Source: Candidatus Latescibacterota bacterium (GTDB taxonomy: Bacteria > Latescibacterota > UBA2968 > UBA8231). Taken from it: DNA of 64,000 nucleotides. The stretch spans positions 4,704,001 through 4,768,000 of the forward strand of contig CBDCDC010000002.1 of NCBI GenBank assembly GCA_965215195.1, read 5' to 3'. The stretch's first letter is position 1, and each line of letters starts with the position of its first letter. Below the pieces are notes generated by a model. It ran no database searches. It saw only the letters and a list, made by a program, of their open reading frames with translations, and was not told the DNA's origin. Made by a program: the position numbers and the translations under genes. This document shows, piece after piece, positions 1 to 9,103 of this stretch.

Positions 1-1
1 G

Positions 2-2704
2 CCGAAGGCCATACCGCGACTTGTTTGTGTCTTGCTCGCGGCAAGTTCCGGCATCTGTCTCGAGACGGCGGATGGTCAGAGCGACTACGGCAGTCGTCTC
101 GGCCAAGTGCAGGCCGGCAAGCGGAGCTTCGTACCGCATGGGCCCATGACCCTGATGGAGGCTGTTGATCCGGCCGTGCGAAAATGGTACGTGCCGCAGG
201 AGTTGTACTCGCAGTCCGGGTTCTGGCAGTGGGAGACCACCAACTACGCCCGCGAGCCGTACCAAGGCTATGTCAACAACACCCTCGAAGGCGACTTCTT
301 CTACGATCTCTACGGCAATCTGCTCACGCGGGGATGGCTGCTTTACAACACCAACCAGACGAATCCGGTAGAACGCGGACACGTCGTGTTTGAATCCCGC
401 AACCTGAGCGACTGGTTTTCCAACATCGCCGTCGCATCCGAGGAGAAGGGTCAGTATCGCTACGCCCTGACCGTGGGCCGCGATCTGCGCACGACCCTGA
501 CCCCGATGGTCTTTTCAAAACCGAGGTTCAACGGGGTGCAGCTCGATCTCGCTACCGACAAGTACAAGGGGACCATAATCTACTCACAGGGCGGCATCGG
601 CGGTCAGGCGGACGTGCGGCCCCGCACCGACGTCACCACGATCATGGGAGGCCGCTTTGTGACTCAGGTGGGCGATTTCGTGGAAGTGGGGGTCCACATG
701 GCCAACGCCCATCAGTCCAACAGCCTGAACGACCGGCTGATGGACAACCTGCTCTCCGGCTCGCTACCGGAATCCAAGAACGAGCTGGTTTCCAGCATTG
801 AGATCGTCCTGCGCGACGACTCGCCCGAAGACCTGACGAGCGGAGCGGCCTACTTTCCAGCCGGATCCGATGTCATCATCACCTACCTCGACGGCACCAA
901 AGATGCCGGCCAGGATATTCGCTTTGCGCCCGTAGTGCAGGGAGGAATTCCCGGCAAGGGTTTTCTCACCGCCACCGGCAACGACGCGATCCGCCTGACC
1001 TACGACTTCACGGACCCCTCGTTTGTCTCCCGGGCCCGAGCGGACCGCAGCGAAATTGTCAAGGTCGAATTCCGCCTGACCCTAGCCAACGACTACCAGA
1101 TATGGATGACCTCGGATCGACAAACCAGCCGCAGCGGCGAGCCCGTGCTGCTGATCGTGGAGCGGGCGGCAGGCAATGTCAGTGACGGCTCCAATCTACG
1201 CGTCGTGCAGTTCGAGTACGGTCTGCCCACCGCCACGCACCTGATCGGCAGCAGCTTGAAGGTGAACGACGTGTGGGGCTTTGACCTCTACGGCGAATAC
1301 GACCTCGGGTGGACCTACCGCAAATACCCCAATCCGCTGGCCGAGAGCCACGAGGTCTCGTCCGGCGTCCGCGGCAAGCGCGCCCGGCCGGCCTATATGT
1401 TGAACCTAAGCAAGCAGGCCCATCCGTTCTTCTTCTTCGGCGAGGCCTATGCCATCGATCCCCTGTACAATACCCAGACCTTCGTCGTAGATGCAGACGG
1501 CACCATGTTCTACGATGAGGACCGCTTGAAGCTGGAGCTGGTGGACGACAACGACGATCAGGACCGCCTCCCCGACCTATACCGCCTCGACACGGTAGCC
1601 CAAGGCACGGCCGATCCCTTTGCCGCAGAACTGGGTGCCGTCGACTTCCGCGTTTTTCCCGGCTGGGATCGCAACAACGATTTCATCCCCGACTTCAATC
1701 AAAACGACAATCGGGCCCAGCCCAATACCATCCCCGACTACGAGGAGCCGTTTCTGCGGTTTGGCAGCGACCGTCCCGAGTTCCTGCTCGGGGTCGACAT
1801 GAACCACAACTACTGGGTCGATCGCTTTGAGAACGACGAGGAGCCGGACTACCCCTACCGCCGGGATCGCCGCGGCTTCAACCTGTTCGGGGGGGTCCAT
1901 CTGACCCCGTATCTAGAGGTCAAAGTCGGTGCGCTCCGCGAGGAAGCGATCGCCTCCGAACAGCGCAATCACAGCGACTACGCAGTGCTGGAATGCAATC
2001 GCACCTCGCCGCGTTGGGGGCGGTTGCGCCTCTTGCAAATGTTGGAGTTGGTCCACGACGATATCGCCGATCCGCTGCTGCAATGGGCCCCCAACAATTC
2101 CCTCGCCGGCGGACGGGTCGTGCGCCTAGCCGATCCGCTGCTGGCCCGGGACGCCTCGGTCAACCGTTCCTTCGTCGGCCACCACTGGCAGGTGGGGCCT
2201 TGGTTCGTGCAGAGCAAGTTGAGTTATCTCCGCTTCGCCCAGCGGCTGGACGAGCAGGAAAGGCTGCGCCACGGCCTCGACGAGTCCGACTTCTTCTTCG
2301 GCCTCATCAACAAGGCCGCCTACCGCTATCGTTTGGGCCCAGTGGAACTCGTGCCGCGGTGGAAGAGCGAATACATAAACCAGAGTCGCAATCTGTTCAG
2401 CGACGAGGAACGCACCACGTTGACAGAGATGTTTTCCGGCTTGGTGATCGTGCCGCTGCTGTACGCTACCACCCTGCAGGGAGGGGTCGAATACCTCCTT
2501 TCCCGAGACTTGGACGGCCGCACAGCCGATTTCACCACCGCGTCCTACGGCTTGCAGATCACCAGCACCTCGGCCTATCAGGGCTACGAGATGTGGCTCG
2601 TCACGAGGTTCGTGGTGGAGCGCACCGACCCGCGAGGGGAGGATGCCTTCACGAGGGTGCAATCGTTCATCAGCATATACGCTGGACTGGAAAAGCCGCA
2701 ATGA
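2..2704 (+). CDS. Large envelope protein, probably 5'-truncated by the window edge; Asp-rich Ca-binding-like loops and a probable C-terminal beta-barrel
   Basis: Frame is open from position 2. Motifs DDNDDQDRLPD, DRNNDFIPDFNQNDN and DMNHNYWVD. Amphipathic beta-strand-like C-terminus (VQSFISIYAGL). Stop overlaps the next ATG (ATGA, 2701-2704). Confidence 0.7.
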   Translation, partial: PKAIPRLVCVLLAASSGICLETADGQSDYGSRLGQVQAGKRSFVPHGPMTLMEAVDPAVRKWYVPQELYSQSGFWQWETTNYAREPYQGYVNNTLEGDFFYDLYGNLLTRGWLLYNTNQTNPVERGHVVFESRNLSDWFSNIAVASEEKGQYRYALTVGRDLRTTLTPMVFSKPRFNGVQLDLATDKYKGTIIYSQGGIGGQADVRPRTDVTTIMGGRFVTQVGDFVEVGVHMANAHQSNSLNDRLMDNLLSGSLPESKNELVSSIEIVLRDDSPEDLTSGAAYFPAGSDVIITYLDGTKDAGQDIRFAPVVQGGIPGKGFLTATGNDAIRLTYDFTDPSFVSRARADRSEIVKVEFRLTLANDYQIWMTSDRQTSRSGEPVLLIVERAAGNVSDGSNLRVVQFEYGLPTATHLIGSSLKVNDVWGFDLYGEYDLGWTYRKYPNPLAESHEVSSGVRGKRARPAYMLNLSKQAHPFFFFGEAYAIDPLYNTQTFVVDADGTMFYDEDRLKLELVDDNDDQDRLPDLYRLDTVAQGTADPFAAELGAVDFRVFPGWDRNNDFIPDFNQNDNRAQPNTIPDYEEPFLRFGSDRPEFLLGVDMNHNYWVDRFENDEEPDYPYRRDRRGFNLFGGVHLTPYLEVKVGALREEAIASEQRNHSDYAVLECNRTSPRWGRLRLLQMLELVHDDIADPLLQWAPNNSLAGGRVVRLADPLLARDASVNRSFVGHHWQVGPWFVQSKLSYLRFAQRLDEQERLRHGLDESDFFFGLINKAAYRYRLGPVELVPRWKSEYINQSRNLFSDEERTTLTEMFSGLVIVPLLYATTLQGGVEYLLSRDLDGRTADFTTASYGLQITSTSAYQGYEMWLVTRFVVERTDPRGEDAFTRVQSFISIYAGLEKPQ

Positions 2705-5700
2705 CTAGACGAGCAGACCGCGCCCTGTGCGGCATTCTCTTGCTGATCGGCGGCAGCCCGCTGTGGGCGCAGCAGGGCTACGACCTGCGCAACGATCAGA
2801 TCGTCGTCGACCAAGCGCGACACTGGGAGGCGTGGACGATGCCCGTCCACCTCGTCCGCGTCGAGAGGGATGGCGCGGTGCGAGCGCGGGACTTTCGCAC
2901 GGTCTATGAGCTGCTGTCCGACCGCTCCTTCGCCCGGCCGGTGACCCTCACCCGCTCCGCTGCGCGCATAGCCAACATGGACAGCACCCTCAGGCTGGAT
3001 TTCCAAGGCAATGCGGTCAGGGACCTGAGCGGCAATCTCGTCTACGACTACTTAGTCCGACCCGGCGTGAGCCGCGCTGGGTCCAATCCCCACCTGATGC
3101 AGCACATCGCCGACGGAGATCCGCACACCTTCTGGGAACCCGACCTTGACGACCCCCCCGAGGACTGGTGGGTCGAAGTGGACTTGGGCCGTCCGGTGCC
3201 CCTAGAGAGAGTTCGGCTGTCCTTCGCCGAGGAGGCGTTGGGGGATCCCTTTTACCGGTTTATCCTCCTCCTCGGGCCAACCCAAGGCAACTACACCGAT
3301 GAGACGCCCGGCAACGCGGAGACCTTCATTCCCTTTGAAGGAGTGAACGCAGACCAGCGCACCTTCGTCTTTGACGCGGAACGGGTCAGCGACGACCTGC
3401 CCGCAGACGACCGGGCGGCACAGAATAGACGGCTGCCCGTCGCGGACAGCAACAAGAACTCCAGCGCGTACTACGGAGTTGCCGAACCGAGTCCAGAGTG
3501 GAACGGCAAGCTGGTCGAAATCATCCGCATCGTGGTCACGGACACTCGCGGGCGCCGCGCCGAGCAAATCAGCGAGGAGCAATGGCAGGTCCTGCCGGCG
3601 GATGAGCGCGGCGACCTCGTCTATTTTCTGCAGGACGGGGACTTCGAGGAGCCCGTGGATGAAGACACCTATTTCGCCCTCCCTGAAGACCGGCAGGGAA
3701 GGCGGGTCCACTATCGCCGCGAGTTGCCGCGCCTCGCCGAGGTAGAGGCCTGGGGTCGGGGGGACGAGATCGGTATTGAGATACTAGCCGGCGGCGGCGC
3801 GGTGGAGCAGACTTCGACCGGCGGCGCTCCGGCTGCAATGTTCGATGGGAGTTATGGCAGCGCTAATCAGCTCAGCACCTACCTCATCTCCGCTCCGGGA
3901 CAGAATACCCTGACCATCGATATCGGCGGCACCGTTTGGTTGAAAGAGATCCGCACCATCAGCCAAAACCCGCCGCGCGGCTACATCTTGCGCGGCTCGA
4001 ACGGCACGAGGGACGCGCAGGGGAACCTCCAGTGGGAGCAACTCTCCTCGGTTGAGCGCGAGACCAACGTCGATAACGGCTATTTCCGCCTCCTCGCGGA
4101 TGTACTGGCGCCGGCCCGCCGCGTCCGCTTCCTCGATATGATCGCCTTTGCTCTCCAAGAGGACAGCACCGAACTCACCAGCCGCGTCTGGCCGCGGATT
4201 CGGCTGATGTGGCTCTTCTCCGCGGGCCCTCCGGCCGAAGCGGTACTGGAATCGGACCTGATCGAATTGCCCGGCGTGGTCGCCCTCGGCGCGGTTCGCT
4301 GGGAGGCCGAGGCCCCCCCCGGCTCCGAGGTGCAGATCCGCACCCGCACCGGCGACCAGCTAGTGGAGCGCATCCGCTACTTCGACAAGACCGGCAACGA
4401 AAAGACCAAGTCCCAGCACAGAAGGCTGTCCTTTACCCAGAAAGGCCCTATCGACACGTCGAACGTGGCAGGGCCGGGATGGAGTGCTTGGAGCAGGAAG
4501 TACGAGCGTTCCGGCGATCCGGCCACCTCGCCAGGGCTGCGCCGCTTCCTGAAGATCCAGGTGCGCCTCGTCAATCGCGACCGCAAGGCGGTGCCGGGCA
4601 TTGAGCAGATCAGCGTCGATTTGCGGACGCCGGTGGCCCAGCGACTGGGCGCTGAGGTCTGGCCCGAGCTAGCGACCGCCGGCCGTCTCGATACCTTTGA
4701 GGTCTTCGTGCAGCCCAGTTTCCTCGAGCAGCCCTCCAGTAGCCACAGCCCGGGTTTCGACGAGGTCCTCGTCAGGGCCGATCCGCCAATCGATCTCCGC
4801 GTACTAGACCTAGCGGTGGGCACCGAGTCCGAACTGTCGCGGAGCGAGCCGGCGCGGCTCTTTGAGCGGCCCCACGCCGAAGGACTCGCAGGTGCCGATG
4901 GTCAAGTCCTTCAGGTATTCAGCGAGGGAGATTCGCTCTGGTTGCGCCTGCCCGCACCGCTGCGGAGCGTCCCCGCGGGGTTGCTCCCCCGCCTCTACTA
5001 CCGCCAGCTCGACCCCGGCGACGAAGTACCCACCGGGCTAGACGGCCGGCTGCTAACCGCAAACAGCCACAGCCGATTGCCCGAAGACGAGCGGGGAGCA
5101 ATTCGCCATTTCCGACGAGACGGAGCAGAACTGGAGGAGGTAGCTAGCAACACCTACCAGAGCTTACCCGAGGGGGAGAAGGGCCCGGTGCGCTACTTCC
5201 GAGTCGTGACGAGCTTGGGGGAACAGACGGCGTTCACCGCGCTCGGGGACTCCCTGAGCGATAGCCAGTACGCTCGCTTGAGCGCCAACGAGCGCGGCCG
5301 GGTGGTCGGCCCTGGGCGGCTGTTGCGCCTGCGCTTCTGCTCTGCGGTGTACCTGCCGAGCACCCAGTTGGAAGTAGCCGTGCGCCACAGCAGTCTGGCG
5401 GCGCTTTGGCAGGGCGCTGCGGACCAAGATGTCACCGCCCTGCGCCCGGCAAGCTCCTTGGTCATCCAAGCTGGGGAAATAGGCGACGTCGTCGCCGATC
5501 TCTCCATCACTCCCAATCCCTTTACGCCCAACGGCGACGGGGTCAACGACGAGGCCCAGATCAGTTTCTCCCTGTTCGCAGTCGCCGCCTCTCGTGCGGT
5601 CGTGGTGCGGATTTACTCCCTAAGCGGCGCTCCCGTCCGCCGCCTAGAGAGCCAGTTGGTGGGTGGTCCACAGGTTGTCGCGTGGAATGGCCGCGACGAT

Positions 5701-5808
5701 AGCGGTGCCCCAGTGGCCCCCGGTCTCTACCTCTGCCAGGTCGGCGCGGCAGCGGATGCCGAGGCCGGAAGGCGGAAGCGTTTTCGCGTGATCGCCGTAG
5801 CGTATTGA
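2701..5808 (+). CDS. Large secreted protein with a discoidin/F5-8-like N-terminal region and a C-terminal FlgD-Ig/CHU_C-like domain
   Basis: ATG at 2701 followed by a signal peptide (ALCGILLLIGGSPLWA-QQ). DGDPHTFW...WWVEVDLGR. C-terminal PNPFTPNGDGVND...IYSLSG...WNGRDDSG...PGLY. Confidence 0.8.
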   Translation: MTRRADRALCGILLLIGGSPLWAQQGYDLRNDQIVVDQARHWEAWTMPVHLVRVERDGAVRARDFRTVYELLSDRSFARPVTLTRSAARIANMDSTLRLDFQGNAVRDLSGNLVYDYLVRPGVSRAGSNPHLMQHIADGDPHTFWEPDLDDPPEDWWVEVDLGRPVPLERVRLSFAEEALGDPFYRFILLLGPTQGNYTDETPGNAETFIPFEGVNADQRTFVFDAERVSDDLPADDRAAQNRRLPVADSNKNSSAYYGVAEPSPEWNGKLVEIIRIVVTDTRGRRAEQISEEQWQVLPADERGDLVYFLQDGDFEEPVDEDTYFALPEDRQGRRVHYRRELPRLAEVEAWGRGDEIGIEILAGGGAVEQTSTGGAPAAMFDGSYGSANQLSTYLISAPGQNTLTIDIGGTVWLKEIRTISQNPPRGYILRGSNGTRDAQGNLQWEQLSSVERETNVDNGYFRLLADVLAPARRVRFLDMIAFALQEDSTELTSRVWPRIRLMWLFSAGPPAEAVLESDLIELPGVVALGAVRWEAEAPPGSEVQIRTRTGDQLVERIRYFDKTGNEKTKSQHRRLSFTQKGPIDTSNVAGPGWSAWSRKYERSGDPATSPGLRRFLKIQVRLVNRDRKAVPGIEQISVDLRTPVAQRLGAEVWPELATAGRLDTFEVFVQPSFLEQPSSSHSPGFDEVLVRADPPIDLRVLDLAVGTESELSRSEPARLFERPHAEGLAGADGQVLQVFSEGDSLWLRLPAPLRSVPAGLLPRLYYRQLDPGDEVPTGLDGRLLTANSHSRLPEDERGAIRHFRRDGAELEEVASNTYQSLPEGEKGPVRYFRVVTSLGEQTAFTALGDSLSDSQYARLSANERGRVVGPGRLLRLRFCSAVYLPSTQLEVAVRHSSLAALWQGAADQDVTALRPASSLVIQAGEIGDVVADLSITPNPFTPNGDGVNDEAQISFSLFAVAASRAVVVRIYSLSGAPVRRLESQLVGGPQVVAWNGRDDSGAPVAPGLYLCQVGAAADAEAGRRKRFRVIAVAY

Positions 5809-7997
5809 GGGATCTGGTGCAGACTATGCTCGTCCGCAGCGGATTCGCGACTGGTGCCCTGCTGTTGGCTCTGGCCAGCACACTGGGTGCCCGTGCCGAA
5901 TTTCATCTGGGATCTGGCCCGAACTCTTGGGAACGCTTTGTCGTCCCCGACGAGGGAGAGGCGGCAGGGGTTTATGGGGTCGTGGACGCGGCCGGCACTG
6001 TGCTGCGGGAGCATCCGGTCCACTCCGTCGAGGAGGTGGGGGGCGGGACCTTCTTGGCCGAGTACAACTATCGCGGACCCGACCGGCCTGCCATGGAAGC
6101 CGGTGCGCTCGCGGCAATCCGGGTCGATCCTCTGGTGAATCTGTCCCTCGACAGCCTCCTGTTCGCCCGCGGCGGCAGTATTTTTCACGGTCACAACACC
6201 AACGCACACCCGACCGAGGATCTGCTGCGGCTCATCGATGGGGATCCCACCACCGCCCGCCTGATACTGATCGCGCAGAATCCGCTAGAGGCTGTGCCAT
6301 TGATCCGCGGCGGCGTATTCTGGGGGGCCTATGCCTCGGCCGTCATCGTCAACCTCGGAGCGGAAATGCCCATCAACCGCGTCCGCGTCTATCCGCGGCT
6401 GGGCCGCCTAGACGACGCTGCCGCTATCGCGGCGATGGAGGTGCCGCAGCCCGATCCAGAGCGGTTTGGGGAGACCAGCTTTGCCGACAATTATCTCGAG
6501 TGGTACGAGATCGCGGTGACCGATAATGCCGCTCCCATCGAAGAGCGCCCCGGAGGGGGCGGCAGCGACCGGCCGGGGCAGGTGCAGTTCAAGCGTTTCT
6601 CCGAAACCACCGGTTACGTCGATTCGTCGGCCACGGACCCCAACTTCAAAGCCCTGATCCAGACCCGGGAGAATCTGGACCCGGTGATCGATTTTCGCTT
6701 CCCCGTCCGCCACGAGCGATTCGTTTCGGTCCGGCCCTACATTCCCGAACGGACTTGGGAGATGGCCGCAATCGAGATTTACGGCGAGGGGTATGTGCGC
6801 CGCTCGGTCTATCGCTCGCAGATCCTCGATTTCGGCCAGCCCATGGCTTGGAGCAAGATCCGTTGGACCGGGGACCGGCCCCTCGGCACCCAGATAGAGG
6901 TACACACTCGCACCGGGAATACCCCGCAGCCAGACCTCTTCCAGCGGCGTGCGTTGAGCGGAAAGTTCCAGCCGATCGACTTTGTCGCGTACCAGCAAAA
7001 GCTCACGTCGGACGAAGTCAAACGCACTACGGATCTAGACAACTGGAGCTTCTGGTCTGCCACTTACGATTTTGCGGCCGGCGAACGCGTTGCCGGCTCA
7101 TCTGCTGCTGCTTGGACGGACGGCACCCCGTTGCTCTCTCCCGGCCCGAGCCGGTATCTTCAGTTCGAGATTGTCCTGCTAGCGACCCGTACGCGGACGC
7201 CGCGCCTAGACGAATTGTCCCTGCTGTTTTCCGAGACCCTCGCCGCGGCCGAACTCATCGGCGAAATCTGGCCCATTGAGGTGGACAGTTTCGCGCCTCA
7301 TCTCTTCACGTATGTGGTCAAGCCCATCCTCCGCGATGGCAATCGCGGCTTCGACCGCCTAGAGATATTCACCGGCGGACCGGCCGCCGGGGTCCGCTCG
7401 GTGCGCGTGGGCGGGGAAGAAATCGCGGAGCGGTTCCCGCCCGAAATCCAGCAGGATCGCATCGTCGTCTCCTTCGACCGGCTGGAGGATCCCCAGCGGG
7501 ACAGCGAAAAGCGGATCGAAGTGGAATTCAGTGCCCGCGTGCTGCGTTTCGGCACCGAATTCAGCGGCTGGGTTTACGACAGCCGGGAGCCGGATCTGCA
7601 GCAGAACATCACCCCTGGAAACGCCACGATCCGTTTCGTCGGCGATGGCCTCTCCGTGCGCACGCCCACTGGGGGCGACCTCGTGCAACGGCTCGAGCTC
7701 GGCCCCAAAGTCTTCACGCCCAACGGGGACGGAGTCAACGACGAGGTCAGCGTCTCCTTCGACCTGCGCGACCTGACCGCGGCGCGCCCGGTTGAGGTGC
7801 AGATATGGACGCTGGACGGGGACCGGGTGTGGCACTTGCCGCCGGCCGCGATGGCCAGCGGCAGCTTCACCCACCGCTGGAACGGCCGCGATGATGCCGG
7901 CCGCTTGGCCCGGCCCGGGATCTATGTAGTACAGGTTGAGTTGGACAGCGATGACGGACGAAAAACGGCCATCGGGATCGTCTCCCTCGCCTATTAA
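5805..7997 (+). CDS. Secreted protein paralogous to the upstream gene, with a C-terminal FlgD-Ig/CHU_C-like domain
   Basis: Signal peptide (ALLLALASTLGARA). Shares TRTG, WS.WS, SPG..RYL, GFD and FTPNGDGVND...WNGRDD motifs with 2701-5808. TTGA overlap; alternative ATG at 5826. Confidence 0.8.
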   Translation: MRDLVQTMLVRSGFATGALLLALASTLGARAEFHLGSGPNSWERFVVPDEGEAAGVYGVVDAAGTVLREHPVHSVEEVGGGTFLAEYNYRGPDRPAMEAGALAAIRVDPLVNLSLDSLLFARGGSIFHGHNTNAHPTEDLLRLIDGDPTTARLILIAQNPLEAVPLIRGGVFWGAYASAVIVNLGAEMPINRVRVYPRLGRLDDAAAIAAMEVPQPDPERFGETSFADNYLEWYEIAVTDNAAPIEERPGGGGSDRPGQVQFKRFSETTGYVDSSATDPNFKALIQTRENLDPVIDFRFPVRHERFVSVRPYIPERTWEMAAIEIYGEGYVRRSVYRSQILDFGQPMAWSKIRWTGDRPLGTQIEVHTRTGNTPQPDLFQRRALSGKFQPIDFVAYQQKLTSDEVKRTTDLDNWSFWSATYDFAAGERVAGSSAAAWTDGTPLLSPGPSRYLQFEIVLLATRTRTPRLDELSLLFSETLAAAELIGEIWPIEVDSFAPHLFTYVVKPILRDGNRGFDRLEIFTGGPAAGVRSVRVGGEEIAERFPPEIQQDRIVVSFDRLEDPQRDSEKRIEVEFSARVLRFGTEFSGWVYDSREPDLQQNITPGNATIRFVGDGLSVRTPTGGDLVQRLELGPKVFTPNGDGVNDEVSVSFDLRDLTAARPVEVQIWTLDGDRVWHLPPAAMASGSFTHRWNGRDDAGRLARPGIYVVQVELDSDDGRKTAIGIVSLAY

Positions 7998-8038
7998 TTT
8001 TTTATTTTTTTGGCGTTTATGGCACAGCAAAATTTTAG

Positions 8039-8067
8039 TTGCATTGCACAAATTTAGTTCGTACCAT
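8039..8067 (+). promoter_or_regulatory. Putative sigma70 promoter for the 8115 gene
   Basis: TTGCAT-17 bp-TACCAT in an AT-rich intergenic region; SD AAGGAG at 8101. Confidence 0.35.
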
Positions 8068-8114
8068 CTGTACACTTTCCCACTAACCCGCACTTCACAT
8101 AAGGAGAGGTAATC

Positions 8115-9032
8115 ATGCGTAAAATACAGATGATTGCCATAGGCGTACTTGCAGTTTCGACGGCCGTTTGGGCCCACGATCCTCCGGATGAGGTCCGCAA
8201 CGCGGTCCAGTTCCCGGCCGGCCTCGAGCCCACGATCGACGGCGACTGTTCCGACTGGGCCGTCGTCCCAGGCGATCAGTACTGGGTGTTCACCGAAGAC
8301 CTCTTCCCGCTGGGCGAATTCCATCCCACCGAGGGACTCGGCCGCGGCGAGAACGATGCCAGTTCTTTCCAAACCACGTACCGGGTCGGCTGGAGCGCCA
8401 GCACCGGCCAGCTCTACTACTGCAACTCCGTGTTTGACGATGTCCACAACATCGATCGCCCCGATTCCTACGACTGGTACCTCGACGACTCAAACGAGTA
8501 CTTCTTCACGACCCGACACCTTTCGGAGCAGGAAGTGAGGGACCTGCTCGAGACGAACGTCGCCGCCTATTGGGGCTTCAATTATGCCCTGCCGAAGTTG
8601 CCCGAGGGTGGCTTCTGGATGGTGATCGGCATGTGCATCGGCTGCGAATGGTTGGATAACGGCGACAACGAATGGTACACGCTAGTACACGGGTTCGAAG
8701 GCGAGGAGTTTGGCGAGAGCACCTATCACTACGAGCACCGGATCCAACCTATCGACTCTTGGACTACCGGCTTGGGCGAAGACTTCGGGCCCAGCGACAT
8801 TACCCCCGCAACGCTCAGCGAGGGGCAGACCATCCACATCACCTTCGGGACCAACGACGACGACGGCGGCGAGCGCGGTGGCCATTGGAGCAGCGGTAGC
8901 GGCCTCGTCGGAGGCACTTGGCTGGGCCAAGGCGACTACTTCCTAGAGCCGATCAACCCGTCCATTAACTGGCCCGAGGTGCCCACCTCGGTCGAGTCGG
9001 AGAGTTGGGGCCGGATCAAGGCTCAATTCTAA
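8115..9032 (+). CDS. Secreted acidic protein, CBM9/DOMON-like (IDGDxSDW) with a C-terminal TSVESESWGRIKAQF tail
   Basis: Strong SD, signal peptide MRKIQMIAIGVLAVSTAVWA, PTIDGDCSDW, WGRIK tail. Confidence 0.8.
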   Translation: MRKIQMIAIGVLAVSTAVWAHDPPDEVRNAVQFPAGLEPTIDGDCSDWAVVPGDQYWVFTEDLFPLGEFHPTEGLGRGENDASSFQTTYRVGWSASTGQLYYCNSVFDDVHNIDRPDSYDWYLDDSNEYFFTTRHLSEQEVRDLLETNVAAYWGFNYALPKLPEGGFWMVIGMCIGCEWLDNGDNEWYTLVHGFEGEEFGESTYHYEHRIQPIDSWTTGLGEDFGPSDITPATLSEGQTIHITFGTNDDDGGERGGHWSSGSGLVGGTWLGQGDYFLEPINPSINWPEVPTSVESESWGRIKAQF

Positions 9033-9062
9033 GCCCCCTAGAAGAGTCTCTTGCAAAGCTCG

Positions 9063-9098
9063 CGCTGGACAGGTTAGTTCGCCTGTCCAGCGTTTTTT
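9063..9098 (+). terminator. Rho-independent terminator
   Basis: CGCTGGACAGG-loop-CCTGTCCAGCG followed by TTTTTT. Confidence 0.8.
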
Positions 9099-9103
9099 AT
9101 TTT

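Noticed and set aside
1993-2700. N-terminal 236 aa of the 1271-aa ORF call
   Set aside because: Overlaps ORF1 in another frame and is Arg/Pro-rich noise; the real start is ATG 2701, which gives a signal peptide.
8020-8045. TGGCAC...TTGCA as a sigma54 promoter
   Set aside because: Spacing between the -24 and -12 elements is far too long.
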